From: a bacterium
GTDB lineage: Bacteria > UBP6 > UBA1177 > JAKLFG01
Assembly: GCA_022709425.1 (NCBI GenBank)
Contig: JAKLIW010000005.1
Coordinates: 1,422-65,421 of the forward strand
Reading direction: 5' to 3'
DNA: 64,000 nucleotides
Position 1 is the first letter of the stretch. Every line of letters starts with the position of its first letter. Both the position numbers and the translations under genes were made by a program. The notes below the pieces were generated by a model. It made no database searches. It worked only from the letters and a program-made list of their open reading frames with translations, and had not been told where the DNA came from. Of this stretch, positions 57,442 to 64,000 are shown in pieces.

Positions 57442-59100
57442 ATGCGGAACATTCTGATTCTTCTGGTTGTCTTGGTTGTGAGCCTGTCGCTTTTCGCCGA
57501 AGAAAAGAAGGCTGTGTCAAAGAACGCCGTCGCGTCCGATATCGGCCAACAGGCTTTGGAAGAACCAAAGCTGGTTGCCCCCAAGGCGCTGGTCGAGAAA
57601 AAAAAGGAAGCGGCAGCGGTAAAGGAATTCAAGCCCGAAAGTGTGGTCGGCATCGATGTGAATGCCGATCTATTGGTTGCTTACGATGCGGCGGTAAAGG
57701 CCGACAAAGTGGGGCAGGAAAATCCGAAGGCGGCAATAACTGCATGGGGAAAGGTTCTTTCATTCAAGGAAAAGAATCCCTATCTGGCGACGGCAACCGA
57801 ACGCAAGACGGCATGGGAGCGGTTCATCCGCGTCAAAGACATCAACGAAAAATATGAAAAGACAGCGCGCATGGATCGTTACGGTAGCTTGTTTCCCGAT
57901 ATTGTCGTTAAAAATTGGGAGATAGTGGCGGCGCTCAAGGAAGACAACGCCTATCTGCAAATCGCCGAACAACGGATCGCTGAGTGGAAAGTATTCATCG
58001 CACAGGTCGACGATTATCAAGCGAAGAAAAAATTGTTCGCTGAACAGCGCGAAAAAGACCGCGCAACGCTTATCAAGATATTGCCGCTCGAAGTGGTTGG
58101 CCAAGATCAGAAACGAGAAATGTTGATCAAATACCTTGCGGTCTATGCGCCCTATTACGGCGTCGAAGACCTTGAAACGCTTTTCTCGGAACTCAAGAAC
58201 ATCATGCTTTCGAGCGCGTTCCGGCAACAAATATGGACACCGCAATACAAAGATACGCTTGAAAAAGAATGCGCCGCGAACAAACCGGCCTCTTGTTACC
58301 TTGCCGCCTCCATGACCGAAAAGGCCGATCCTCTGAAAGCGCAGGAACAATATCGTGTGGCTTGTAAGGGCAATGTGGTTACCTCCTGTTTGAAGGTTGG
58401 CGAACTGACGAAAGGGAAAGAGGACACCGTTGCCGTCGACTCCTATTGGACCGCCTGTGCGTGGGGAAGCAATGCGGGTTGTTACGAACTCGCTCAATTG
58501 GTTGAAAAGGGAGCGGGCACCGAAAAGTCGCTTTTCTTCGCGGCCAATCTTTATGAGAAAAGTTGCAAGTCGGGAGTTGCGGCGGCATGCGATATGGTAA
58601 AGAAGACGCGGGACGAGGGACGAGCCGAAAAAGAACGGCAGGCGCAACAACCGGCATCCACTGTAGTTGCTACGCCCGAGCCGGCGAAGGCGGCGGAACC
58701 GATACCTCCGGCTGGTCCCAGCTTCACCGCGAACCGTCCTTATTTCTGGTATGGTGTCGGTTTGGCGGCATTCGGACTGGCCAGCGTCGGCACCGGAGCC
58801 GGTATGTTCGGCATGGCCGCTAGTAGTTACGATAATTACAATAAAATGGTAACGCCTGAGGCACTAGCGGGAATTATTGGTTTGTCGGAGGAACGCAAAA
58901 AGAGCTACGTCGCAAAAGCGGACGGCTATAAAAAAGACGGTACCGCTTACAACAACGCCGGTATTGCCCTAACGGTGATCGGCGGTGCCGCTGTTGCGGG
59001 AGGAGTAGTGCTGATGGTCCTGACCGGGGAAGATGAACCGAAGGTGGGATTCTTCTTTGACGGTCGTTCGTTCATGGCCAGTTACCGTGTTAACTTCTGA
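57442..59100 (+). CDS. Secreted Sel1-like (Hcp-type Cys-bracketed) repeat protein with C-terminal membrane anchor
   Basis: Signal peptide. Four Cys-pair bracketed helical repeats (CAANKPASCYLAA, ACKGNVVTSCLKVG, ACAWGSNAGCYELA, SCKSGVAAACDMV), as in Sel1/HcpA-like repeats. Gly-rich TM segment near the C-terminus. GC is lower than the genome average. Confidence 0.6.
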   Translation: MRNILILLVVLVVSLSLFAEEKKAVSKNAVASDIGQQALEEPKLVAPKALVEKKKEAAAVKEFKPESVVGIDVNADLLVAYDAAVKADKVGQENPKAAITAWGKVLSFKEKNPYLATATERKTAWERFIRVKDINEKYEKTARMDRYGSLFPDIVVKNWEIVAALKEDNAYLQIAEQRIAEWKVFIAQVDDYQAKKKLFAEQREKDRATLIKILPLEVVGQDQKREMLIKYLAVYAPYYGVEDLETLFSELKNIMLSSAFRQQIWTPQYKDTLEKECAANKPASCYLAASMTEKADPLKAQEQYRVACKGNVVTSCLKVGELTKGKEDTVAVDSYWTACAWGSNAGCYELAQLVEKGAGTEKSLFFAANLYEKSCKSGVAAACDMVKKTRDEGRAEKERQAQQPASTVVATPEPAKAAEPIPPAGPSFTANRPYFWYGVGLAAFGLASVGTGAGMFGMAASSYDNYNKMVTPEALAGIIGLSEERKKSYVAKADGYKKDGTAYNNAGIALTVIGGAAVAGGVVLMVLTGEDEPKVGFFFDGRSFMASYRVNF

Positions 59101-59115
59101 GGGGGAGAATAGACC

Positions 59116-60354
59116 ATGAGAATGACGCTCTTTCTTACAGTCGTTCTGGCCGGATTCTTGTTCGTGGGCTGCGCCGAACCGAAAGCGGTTGATTGGAGTC
59201 AACTCTTCCCTGATAAAGACGGGGTGGTGGCGTCCGACACCGACGAATCGGTGAGCGATGATATCCAGACCGATGAAACGATGCCGGATGAAGCAACGGA
59301 CGAAGTGATTTCCGATGAGGCGGGCGACGAGGTGCAACCGGACGAAACCGATACGGTGGAGCCGGAAGAAGATGTCATTGAGCCAACGGACGACACGACC
59401 GAACCGCTGGACGATACGACCGAAACTGAGGATGATGCGCTGGTTGTTGACGACGAGACCCCCGATACGGTTGATGCAGATACCGTTGATATTGATATGA
59501 CCGAGACGGACACGGTGGATATTGATGTCGTGGATGTGGATACACTAGATATCGACATGGCAGATAATGATCTTGCCGATTTTGATGATGATTATGAGGT
59601 CGATACTCCAGAGGCCGATATAATTATACCAGACAGTGACGATAACATGATTTCTATTCCCGCGGGACAGTTCATGATGGGATGCAACACCTCTCTTGAC
59701 TCCAATTGTGCAAATGATGAAAAACCATACCACGCCGTTACCCTTTCAGGATATAAAATAGACAAGCATGAAGTAACTGCGGGAGAATTTGCGGTATGCG
59801 TGGCAGACGGTGCCTGTAATAACAGTGGTGATCGGCAATATTATGAGAATTCTGAGAATTCAAGCTGCAATTTAAATGCCTCAAATAAGGGGACACATCC
59901 GGTTAACTGCGTGACATGGTATGGAGCAAAGGCTTACTGTGTTTGGCTTGGGAAAAGGTTGCCCACAGAAGCGGAATGGGAAAAGGCGGCACGTGGTACA
60001 GAGGGTCAAGTCTATCCATGGGGCAACCAAACGGCGACTTGCGCTTTGGCAAACCTTAGTAGTTGTGGTAGTGGGACTGTGCCTGTCGAGAGTATTGAGG
60101 CGGGGAAAAGTCCTTACGGTATTTACGAATCTGCCGGCAATGTTGGTGAATGGGTTAATGATTATTATGACAGTGCATACTATGAAACATCGCCCAGTAA
60201 TGACCCGCAAGGGCCGGCATCGGGAACTAACCGGTCCTTAAGAGGAGCCTCGTGGGGAAGTGGCGCAGTTAATTTGAGGTCTTCGAACCGATATACCTAT
60301 CTGCCAACAAACTATAGTGTTTATGACGGGTTTCGTTGTGCAAAAAACAATTGA
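59116..60354 (+). CDS. Lipoprotein with acidic D/T/E repeat linker and formylglycine-generating-enzyme (FGE/SUMF1-type) domain
   Basis: Lipobox FLFVGC. About 150-aa acidic low-complexity region. C-terminal domain with HEVTAGEF, WYGAKAYCVWLGKRLPTEAEWEKAARG and RGASWGS motifs typical of the FGE-sulfatase fold. Confidence 0.75.
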   Translation: MRMTLFLTVVLAGFLFVGCAEPKAVDWSQLFPDKDGVVASDTDESVSDDIQTDETMPDEATDEVISDEAGDEVQPDETDTVEPEEDVIEPTDDTTEPLDDTTETEDDALVVDDETPDTVDADTVDIDMTETDTVDIDVVDVDTLDIDMADNDLADFDDDYEVDTPEADIIIPDSDDNMISIPAGQFMMGCNTSLDSNCANDEKPYHAVTLSGYKIDKHEVTAGEFAVCVADGACNNSGDRQYYENSENSSCNLNASNKGTHPVNCVTWYGAKAYCVWLGKRLPTEAEWEKAARGTEGQVYPWGNQTATCALANLSSCGSGTVPVESIEAGKSPYGIYESAGNVGEWVNDYYDSAYYETSPSNDPQGPASGTNRSLRGASWGSGAVNLRSSNRYTYLPTNYSVYDGFRCAKNN

Positions 60355-60363
60355 GAGTGGATC

Positions 60364-61095
60364 ATGTGTGAATACAACACGGAAAAAATAAACGAAGAAA
60401 TTTGTGAACTATGGAAGAGACATTTTGGTGATAATGAAAATGTCCATATGCCGATGCAGTATCCGGCTCTTAAAAAGGACGCGCTTCTTTTTGTCGGTCT
60501 TAATCCCAGCTTCAGCGATAAGTTTTTTTCCCAATTAGGAAAGAAAATGACATCTTGTCAAGGCATTGATCACGAAGAATTTTACGAGTGGCCAAGAAGT
60601 AAGAAATATGACCCACAAAAGGACTATGAGATAACAAAATTCGCAAAAGAAGAATATCCATATTCTCGAAAGTTCAGAGATATATCTAAGGAATTAGGCA
60701 TGGAATGGGAGCATATTGACTTGTTCTTCAATCGTTGCACCTCGCAAAAAGATTCCCAAAAAGAGTTTACACGACAGAAAAATAAAGAAGATATCGAACT
60801 GACAGAGTTTGCGCTTAAACAGATAGCGCTTTCGACTCGATTAATAAGCGAGATATGTCCCAAAATCATTGTTGTTGCCAATGCTCTTGCGTCAGATATA
60901 TATCTTCAATATATGAAGCCAGAGCCCGATGAATTGGCCGGGCATCATTTTACCAATATCAATGGAAAAAAAGTCCCTATTTTTTTAGCCTCGATGCTTA
61001 CCGGCCAAAGAGCGATGGATAAATATTCACTAGATAGGCTAACATGGCATATCAAAAGGGCATTCGGGTTGCATCCGGGGTCGTCGAGCGACTAG
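60364..61095 (+). CDS. Hypothetical protein in low-GC (about 37%) segment; possible UDG-superfamily-like fold
   Basis: No signal peptide. LLFVGLNPS near the N-terminus and LHPGSS at the extreme C-terminus resemble UDG-superfamily motif A (GxNPG) and motif B (HPS). Confidence 0.3.
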   Translation: MCEYNTEKINEEICELWKRHFGDNENVHMPMQYPALKKDALLFVGLNPSFSDKFFSQLGKKMTSCQGIDHEEFYEWPRSKKYDPQKDYEITKFAKEEYPYSRKFRDISKELGMEWEHIDLFFNRCTSQKDSQKEFTRQKNKEDIELTEFALKQIALSTRLISEICPKIIVVANALASDIYLQYMKPEPDELAGHHFTNINGKKVPIFLASMLTGQRAMDKYSLDRLTWHIKRAFGLHPGSSSD

Positions 61096-61129
61096 CCGGA
61101 GTCCGTCCTTCATTTTACGAATCCGCAGA

Positions 61130-61246
61130 CATTCATCATTGACCATTTATCAGTTGAGCGGGGAGTTGAGCGGGGAGTTGAGCGGCGGCAGGTCGCCTGT
61201 TGAGGGTTGAAAGGGGGAGAAGCGGCACCGCCGCTTGACAGATGCC
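61130..61246 (+). repeat. Copy A of an about 120-bp repetitive element (MITE/REP-like) ending in an outward TTGACA
   Basis: cattcatcattgaccattt...(gagttgagcgg)x3...GGCGACAGGTCGCC-type hairpin...GCGGCACCGCCGC hairpin...TTGACAgatgcc. Near-identical to copy C at 62430. Confidence 0.8.
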
Positions 61247-61635
61247 TAACGATTTCGTTTCTTTGATGCCGATATCGCTTTCTTCCGAGCGATTCCGCTG
61301 AGAGACTTCGGAACAGGAAGTTCCCGGCTATCTTGTTCCAGCAGGCGATGCTCACGACCGAGTTCCCGCGCAAGTTCCTCCTCGGTGGGCAAATAAAGCA
61401 TGTACTTGGAAGCGAAAAGGCGTTTACCCTCTTTCAGCACCGAGTATTTCGCTATGGTTTCATTCTTCTTGGCGCAGAGTATCAAGCCGATCGTCGGATT
61501 GTCGCCATCGACCTTGAACAGGTCTTCATACATACGGACATAACTGTCCATCTGCCCCACATCCTGATGGGTCAATGTTCCATCCGCAGGCAACGGCCTC
61601 TTCTTCGTAGCGAGGCGGGGGTCGGTCCTCGACAT
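61246..61635 (-). pseudogene. DUF1016/YhcG-type PDDEXK nuclease remnant (C-terminal about 130 aa only)
   Basis: DVGQMDSYVRMYEDLFKVDGDNPTIGLILCAKKNETIAKYSVL...FASKYMLYLPTEEELAREL matches the C-terminal hallmark of YhcG/DUF1016 proteins, which are about 340 aa. The N-terminal two-thirds are absent. The apparent 5' end of the track ORF is translated from repeat copy B. Confidence 0.6.
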
Positions 61636-61651
61636 TAGACATTTCTCTTTG

Positions 61652-61702
61652 CATTCATCATTGACCATTTAACATTTAACAGGGGATGGGGAGTTGAGCG
61701 GC
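61652..61702 (+). repeat. Copy B (5' portion only) of the repetitive element
   Basis: gcattcatcattgaccatttaacatttaacaggggatggggagttgagcgg matches the first about 50 nt of copies A and C. Confidence 0.75.
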
Positions 61703-61917
61703 TATTTTGTCTTTGACGAAGAACCGGCGATCTTTTTCACGATATTGGCGACCTTGGTCCCGGCATACAATTTCCGGCGGTCTTCGGTGTAGTCACCGGA
61801 GCCGGCATCGAGTTGCCGCATGAAGCGGATAAACCCGGCCACGCCCATCCGATCAAGGAGCGCCCGGTATCCGACCTCTCTCAATTTCGCATCGGTCATG
61901 GTTCTTACTTCACTCAT
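61702..61917 (-). CDS. Small protein (about 71 aa) overlapping the 3' end of the PIN gene; putative toxin-antitoxin partner
   Basis: MSEVRTMTDAKLREVGYRALLDRMGVAGFIRFMRQLDAGSGDYTEDRRKLY. Start at 61917 overlaps the PIN stop by 8 nt. Family not recognised. Confidence 0.4.
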   Translation of the reverse strand: MSEVRTMTDAKLREVGYRALLDRMGVAGFIRFMRQLDAGSGDYTEDRRKLYAGTKVANIVKKIAGSSSKTK

Positions 61918-62362
61918 ATATCTCCTCCGCCACAAAATTCATCGGGTTCATGATCGTCAAGGAAAGGATTGATGAAAGCTCGCCGCTTTTTTTCAGGATC
62001 GCCTGATCGGTCGTTATGAACACATCGCACCGCCGGTCGGCCGAGGCAAGATGCAAGGCGTCCATGCCGTGGATACCTTGTTTCTCCAGTTTCCCCGCAA
62101 GAGCGGCGACCTTCTCGTCGACGGAAATGATGTCGTCCGCCAGAGCCAGTATCTGTTCGACCTTCATCCGCTTTATCGGATCGGGCATGTTCGCTATCTC
62201 GTAGATGACCGCGTCGCTGAGAAGGAATTTGTATGTTCCTTTCTCGCAGCGGGCAAGAATGGCGACGACCGCTTCCGCCTCCAATCGTATCCGTTCGTGG
62301 GACTGGTCGTCAAATGGACGACACAACGAACACACATCGAGATAAATCGTCTTCTTGCGCAC
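61910..62362 (-). CDS. PIN-domain protein (VapC-like toxin)
   Basis: GTG start. Conserved acidic residues in IYLDVCSL (Asp near the N-terminus), GMDALHLASA and DVFITTD (C-terminal Asp). Confidence 0.75.
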   Translation of the reverse strand: MRKKTIYLDVCSLCRPFDDQSHERIRLEAEAVVAILARCEKGTYKFLLSDAVIYEIANMPDPIKRMKVEQILALADDIISVDEKVAALAGKLEKQGIHGMDALHLASADRRCDVFITTDQAILKKSGELSSILSLTIMNPMNFVAEEIYE

Positions 62363-62429
62363 GGCGACACCGCTACCAAGTTCAACGCACTATATCGGGA
62401 AAATGGAGCGATGTCAACCGGAGTCGTGT

Positions 62430-62551
62430 CATTTGTCATTTGCCATTTAGCATTTATCGGGGGATGGGGAGTTGAGCGGGGAGTTGAGCGGCGACAGGTC
62501 GCCTGTTGAGGGTTGAAAGGGGAGAAGCGGCACCGCCGCTTGACAGATGCC
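62430..62551 (+). repeat. Copy C of the repetitive element
   Basis: catttgtcatttgccatttagcatttatcgggggatggggagttgagcggggagttgagcggcgacaggtcgcctgttgagggttgaaaggggagaagcggcaccgccgcttgacagatgcc. Confidence 0.8.
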
Positions 62552-62568
62552 CGCCGTTAGGGTATCAT
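62540..62568 (+). promoter_or_regulatory. Sigma70-like promoter TTGACA-17-TATCAT; the -35 is supplied by repeat copy C
   Basis: -35 TTGACA at 62540-62545, 17-nt spacer, -10 TATCAT at 62563-62568. GAGGAGGAGG RBS at 62581-62590 and ATG at 62598. Confidence 0.6.
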
Positions 62569-62597
62569 GCCGGTGATTGTGAGGAGGAGGTAATAAA

Positions 62598-62837
62598 ATG
62601 TCCCCGCGCGTCGCAGAGGTCACGCCGAACGCCGACTACACGGTGACGATAGTGTTCACCAACGGCGAACGACGCATATTCGATGTGAAACCCTATCTCG
62701 ACAAGGGATTCTTCAAAGATCTGCGCGATGCCGCCCTTTTCCGGTCGGTCAAGCCGTTCCTCGGCAGTATTCAGTGGCAGGGCGGTCAAGATTTCTGTCC
62801 CGACACGCTGTACGCCGACTCGGTCCCGACAAGATAA
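62598..62837 (+). CDS. DUF2442-family small protein
   Basis: 79 aa. Pattern VTIVFTNGERRIFDVKPYL...IQWQGGQDFCPDTLY matches the DUF2442 consensus. Confidence 0.6.
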   Translation: MSPRVAEVTPNADYTVTIVFTNGERRIFDVKPYLDKGFFKDLRDAALFRSVKPFLGSIQWQGGQDFCPDTLYADSVPTR

Positions 62838-62847
62838 TTCTCTCCCA

Positions 62848-62875
62848 TTGACAACCAATCCGCCGTCGCTATAAC
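62848..62875 (+). promoter_or_regulatory. Sigma70-like promoter TTGACA-16-TATAAC upstream of the FmdB zinc-ribbon gene
   Basis: -35 TTGACA at 62848-62853, -10 TATAAC at 62870-62875. AGGAGG RBS at 62893-62898. ATG at 62905. Confidence 0.55.
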
Positions 62876-62904
62876 AAAGGCAGTGCTTTTTCAGGAGGAG
62901 CGCG

Positions 62905-63117
62905 ATGCCCATCTATGAATATCTGTGCGCCGATTGCGGCAAAAACTTCGAGGTGACGCAGAAGATGTCCGACGCCCCGCTCACCGTCTGTGAGTCATGC
63001 GGCGGCAAACTCGAAAAGCAGGTGTCGCTCGGCGCCATCGTCACCAAAGGCGATGCCCCCGCATGCCCCGCCGGTGCCAGATCCTGCTGTCCCGGCTGTA
63101 CCCACAACCACCACTAG
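62905..63117 (+). CDS. FmdB-family zinc-ribbon protein with Cys-rich tail
   Basis: MPIYEYLCADCGKNFEV...CESCGGKLEK is the canonical FmdB putative-regulatory zinc ribbon. Extra C-terminal CPAGARSCCPGCTHNHH. Confidence 0.75.
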   Translation: MPIYEYLCADCGKNFEVTQKMSDAPLTVCESCGGKLEKQVSLGAIVTKGDAPACPAGARSCCPGCTHNHH

Positions 63118-63176
63118 CCCATCCATCCGGTCCCTTGTCAAAGGGGCTTTGACGGGATTTGTAAAACGGGCGGGGT

Positions 63177-64000
63177 TTACCTATACCTGCTGTTTATACT
63201 GAAATTGTGAACGAGCCCCATGAGGATGCTGTTGGCCAGAAGCGCCGAGCCACCGTATGAGAAGAACGGGAGCGGTATGCCCACAACCGGCAGGACGCCG
63301 CTCACCATGCCGATATTGATGACCACCTGCAGCCATAACAGCGAGACGGTGCCGATGACCACCAGCGCCATGAATTTGTCGCGGACCAGCGGTATGATCT
63401 CGAGCGTTCGATAAAACAGCAACAGATACAGCCCCAGCAGCAGCATACAGCCTGAGAAGCCGAACTCCTCGGCGTAGACCGAGAAGATGAAATCGGTATG
63501 ATGCTCCGGGATGAAGCGGAGGATATTCTGCGTCCCGGCGTTGTATCCTTTGCCGGTGGTACGGCCCGATCCGACCGCGATCATCGATTGTTTGGTGTGG
63601 TACTGACTGGTGCGGCTTTCATCGCCGGTATCCTGCCACATCATCGTGACGATGGCGGTGACGCGCCGTTTCTGGTAGTCGGCCAGCACGAACTCCCACA
63701 GGAGGGGCGCCGATACGATCGCGATGAGGAACAGCGCGATAAGCCGTTTCCGGTTTATTTTGGTCGAGAAAATGATGATGAGCGATACCGCGCCGATGAG
63801 CAGGCTGGTGCCGAGATCGGGTTCGGCGTAGACCAGCATCATGCTGAGCAGAACGGCGACCGTTTCGGGGATGAGATCGCGCAGTTTATAGCCGTCCTGC
63901 AGCGTCGGTTTCTGGTTGAGCCGGTAAGAGAGGAAGAGAATGATAGCCACCTTGGCGAGTTCGGAGGGTTGGAAATTCATGAAGCCGAGGTCGAGCCACC
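63177..64000 (-). CDS. rodA: SEDS-family peptidoglycan glycosyltransferase RodA (partial, N-terminus beyond window)
   Basis: Polytopic membrane protein with the SEDS hallmark PLPFFSYGGSALL and QPSELAK motifs. The ORF remains open to the window end. Confidence 0.8.
   Translation of the reverse strand, partial: WLDLGFMNFQPSELAKVAIILFLSYRLNQKPTLQDGYKLRDLIPETVAVLLSMMLVYAEPDLGTSLLIGAVSLIIIFSTKINRKRLIALFLIAIVSAPLLWEFVLADYQKRRVTAIVTMMWQDTGDESRTSQYHTKQSMIAVGSGRTTGKGYNAGTQNILRFIPEHHTDFIFSVYAEEFGFSGCMLLLGLYLLLFYRTLEIIPLVRDKFMALVVIGTVSLLWLQVVINIGMVSGVLPVVGIPLPFFSYGGSALLANSILMGLVHNFSINSRYR

Noticed and set aside
61231-61270. TTGACA at the end of repeat copy A as a functional promoter
   Set aside because: No acceptable -10 hexamer at 16-18 nt spacing (only TTTCTT/TTTGAT). 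It faces the 3' end of a convergent gene remnant. Only copy C acquires a good -10.
61110-61373. 87-aa minus ORF and 101-aa plus ORF (61333..61638) around repeat copy A and the DUF1016 remnant
   Set aside because: Partly translated from repeat DNA or antisense to the remnant. No RBS or domain signal.
62565-62912. 115-aa minus-strand ORF overlapping the DUF2442 gene
   Set aside because: The plus-strand DUF2442 gene has a consensus promoter, a GAGGAGGAGG RBS and a family-typical sequence. The minus ORF has none.
1-64000. CRISPR arrays, tRNA or rRNA genes
   Set aside because: No regularly spaced direct repeats with unique spacers were seen. No GTTCRANYC T-loop/cloverleaf candidates in intergenic regions. 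No rRNA-like conserved blocks.

Overview
This 64 kb window is high-GC (about 65%) bacterial chromosome. It is read from sequence only; no database searches were run.

The core is a complete, co-directional division and cell-wall (dcw) cluster at 7.1-25.1 kb: mraZ-rsmH-ftsL-ftsI-murE-murF-mraY-murD-ftsW-murG-murC-murB-ddl-ftsQ-ftsA-ftsZ. The FtsI carries a PASTA tail. A B12-type radical SAM gene overlaps the ftsZ stop.

Flanking housekeeping genes are mltG, ridA, tmk, purF, mazG, thiD, gltX, ispF, moaC, a MOSC-MogA fusion, and partial rodA at the 3' edge.

The most striking candidate system lies at 40.7-43.6 kb. A signal-peptide-bearing, metallothionein-like Cys-rich mini-protein has a near-consensus sigma54 promoter. 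It is transcribed divergently from an NtrC-type sigma54 activator and a periplasmic-domain-less histidine kinase with a His-rich loop. The layout matches ZraP/ZraSR-type metal response.

Other notable features:
- A 1610-aa UvrA-like protein with four ATP-binding-cassette (ABC) modules, read as a tandem fusion of two UvrA units.
- Several lipoproteins (LVIVD beta-propeller, beta-helix, FGE-domain) that share 15-nt-encoded D/T pentapeptide repeat linkers.
- Low-GC islets at 0-1.1 kb, 38.3-39.0 kb and 57.3-61.1 kb.
- A small accessory region at 61.1-63.1 kb with three copies of a roughly 120-bp repeat that carries an outward TTGACA -35. It sits next to a DUF1016 nuclease remnant, a PIN toxin with a small partner gene, and DUF2442 and FmdB zinc-ribbon genes.

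Many long ORFs antisense to real genes are GC-driven artefacts and were rejected.
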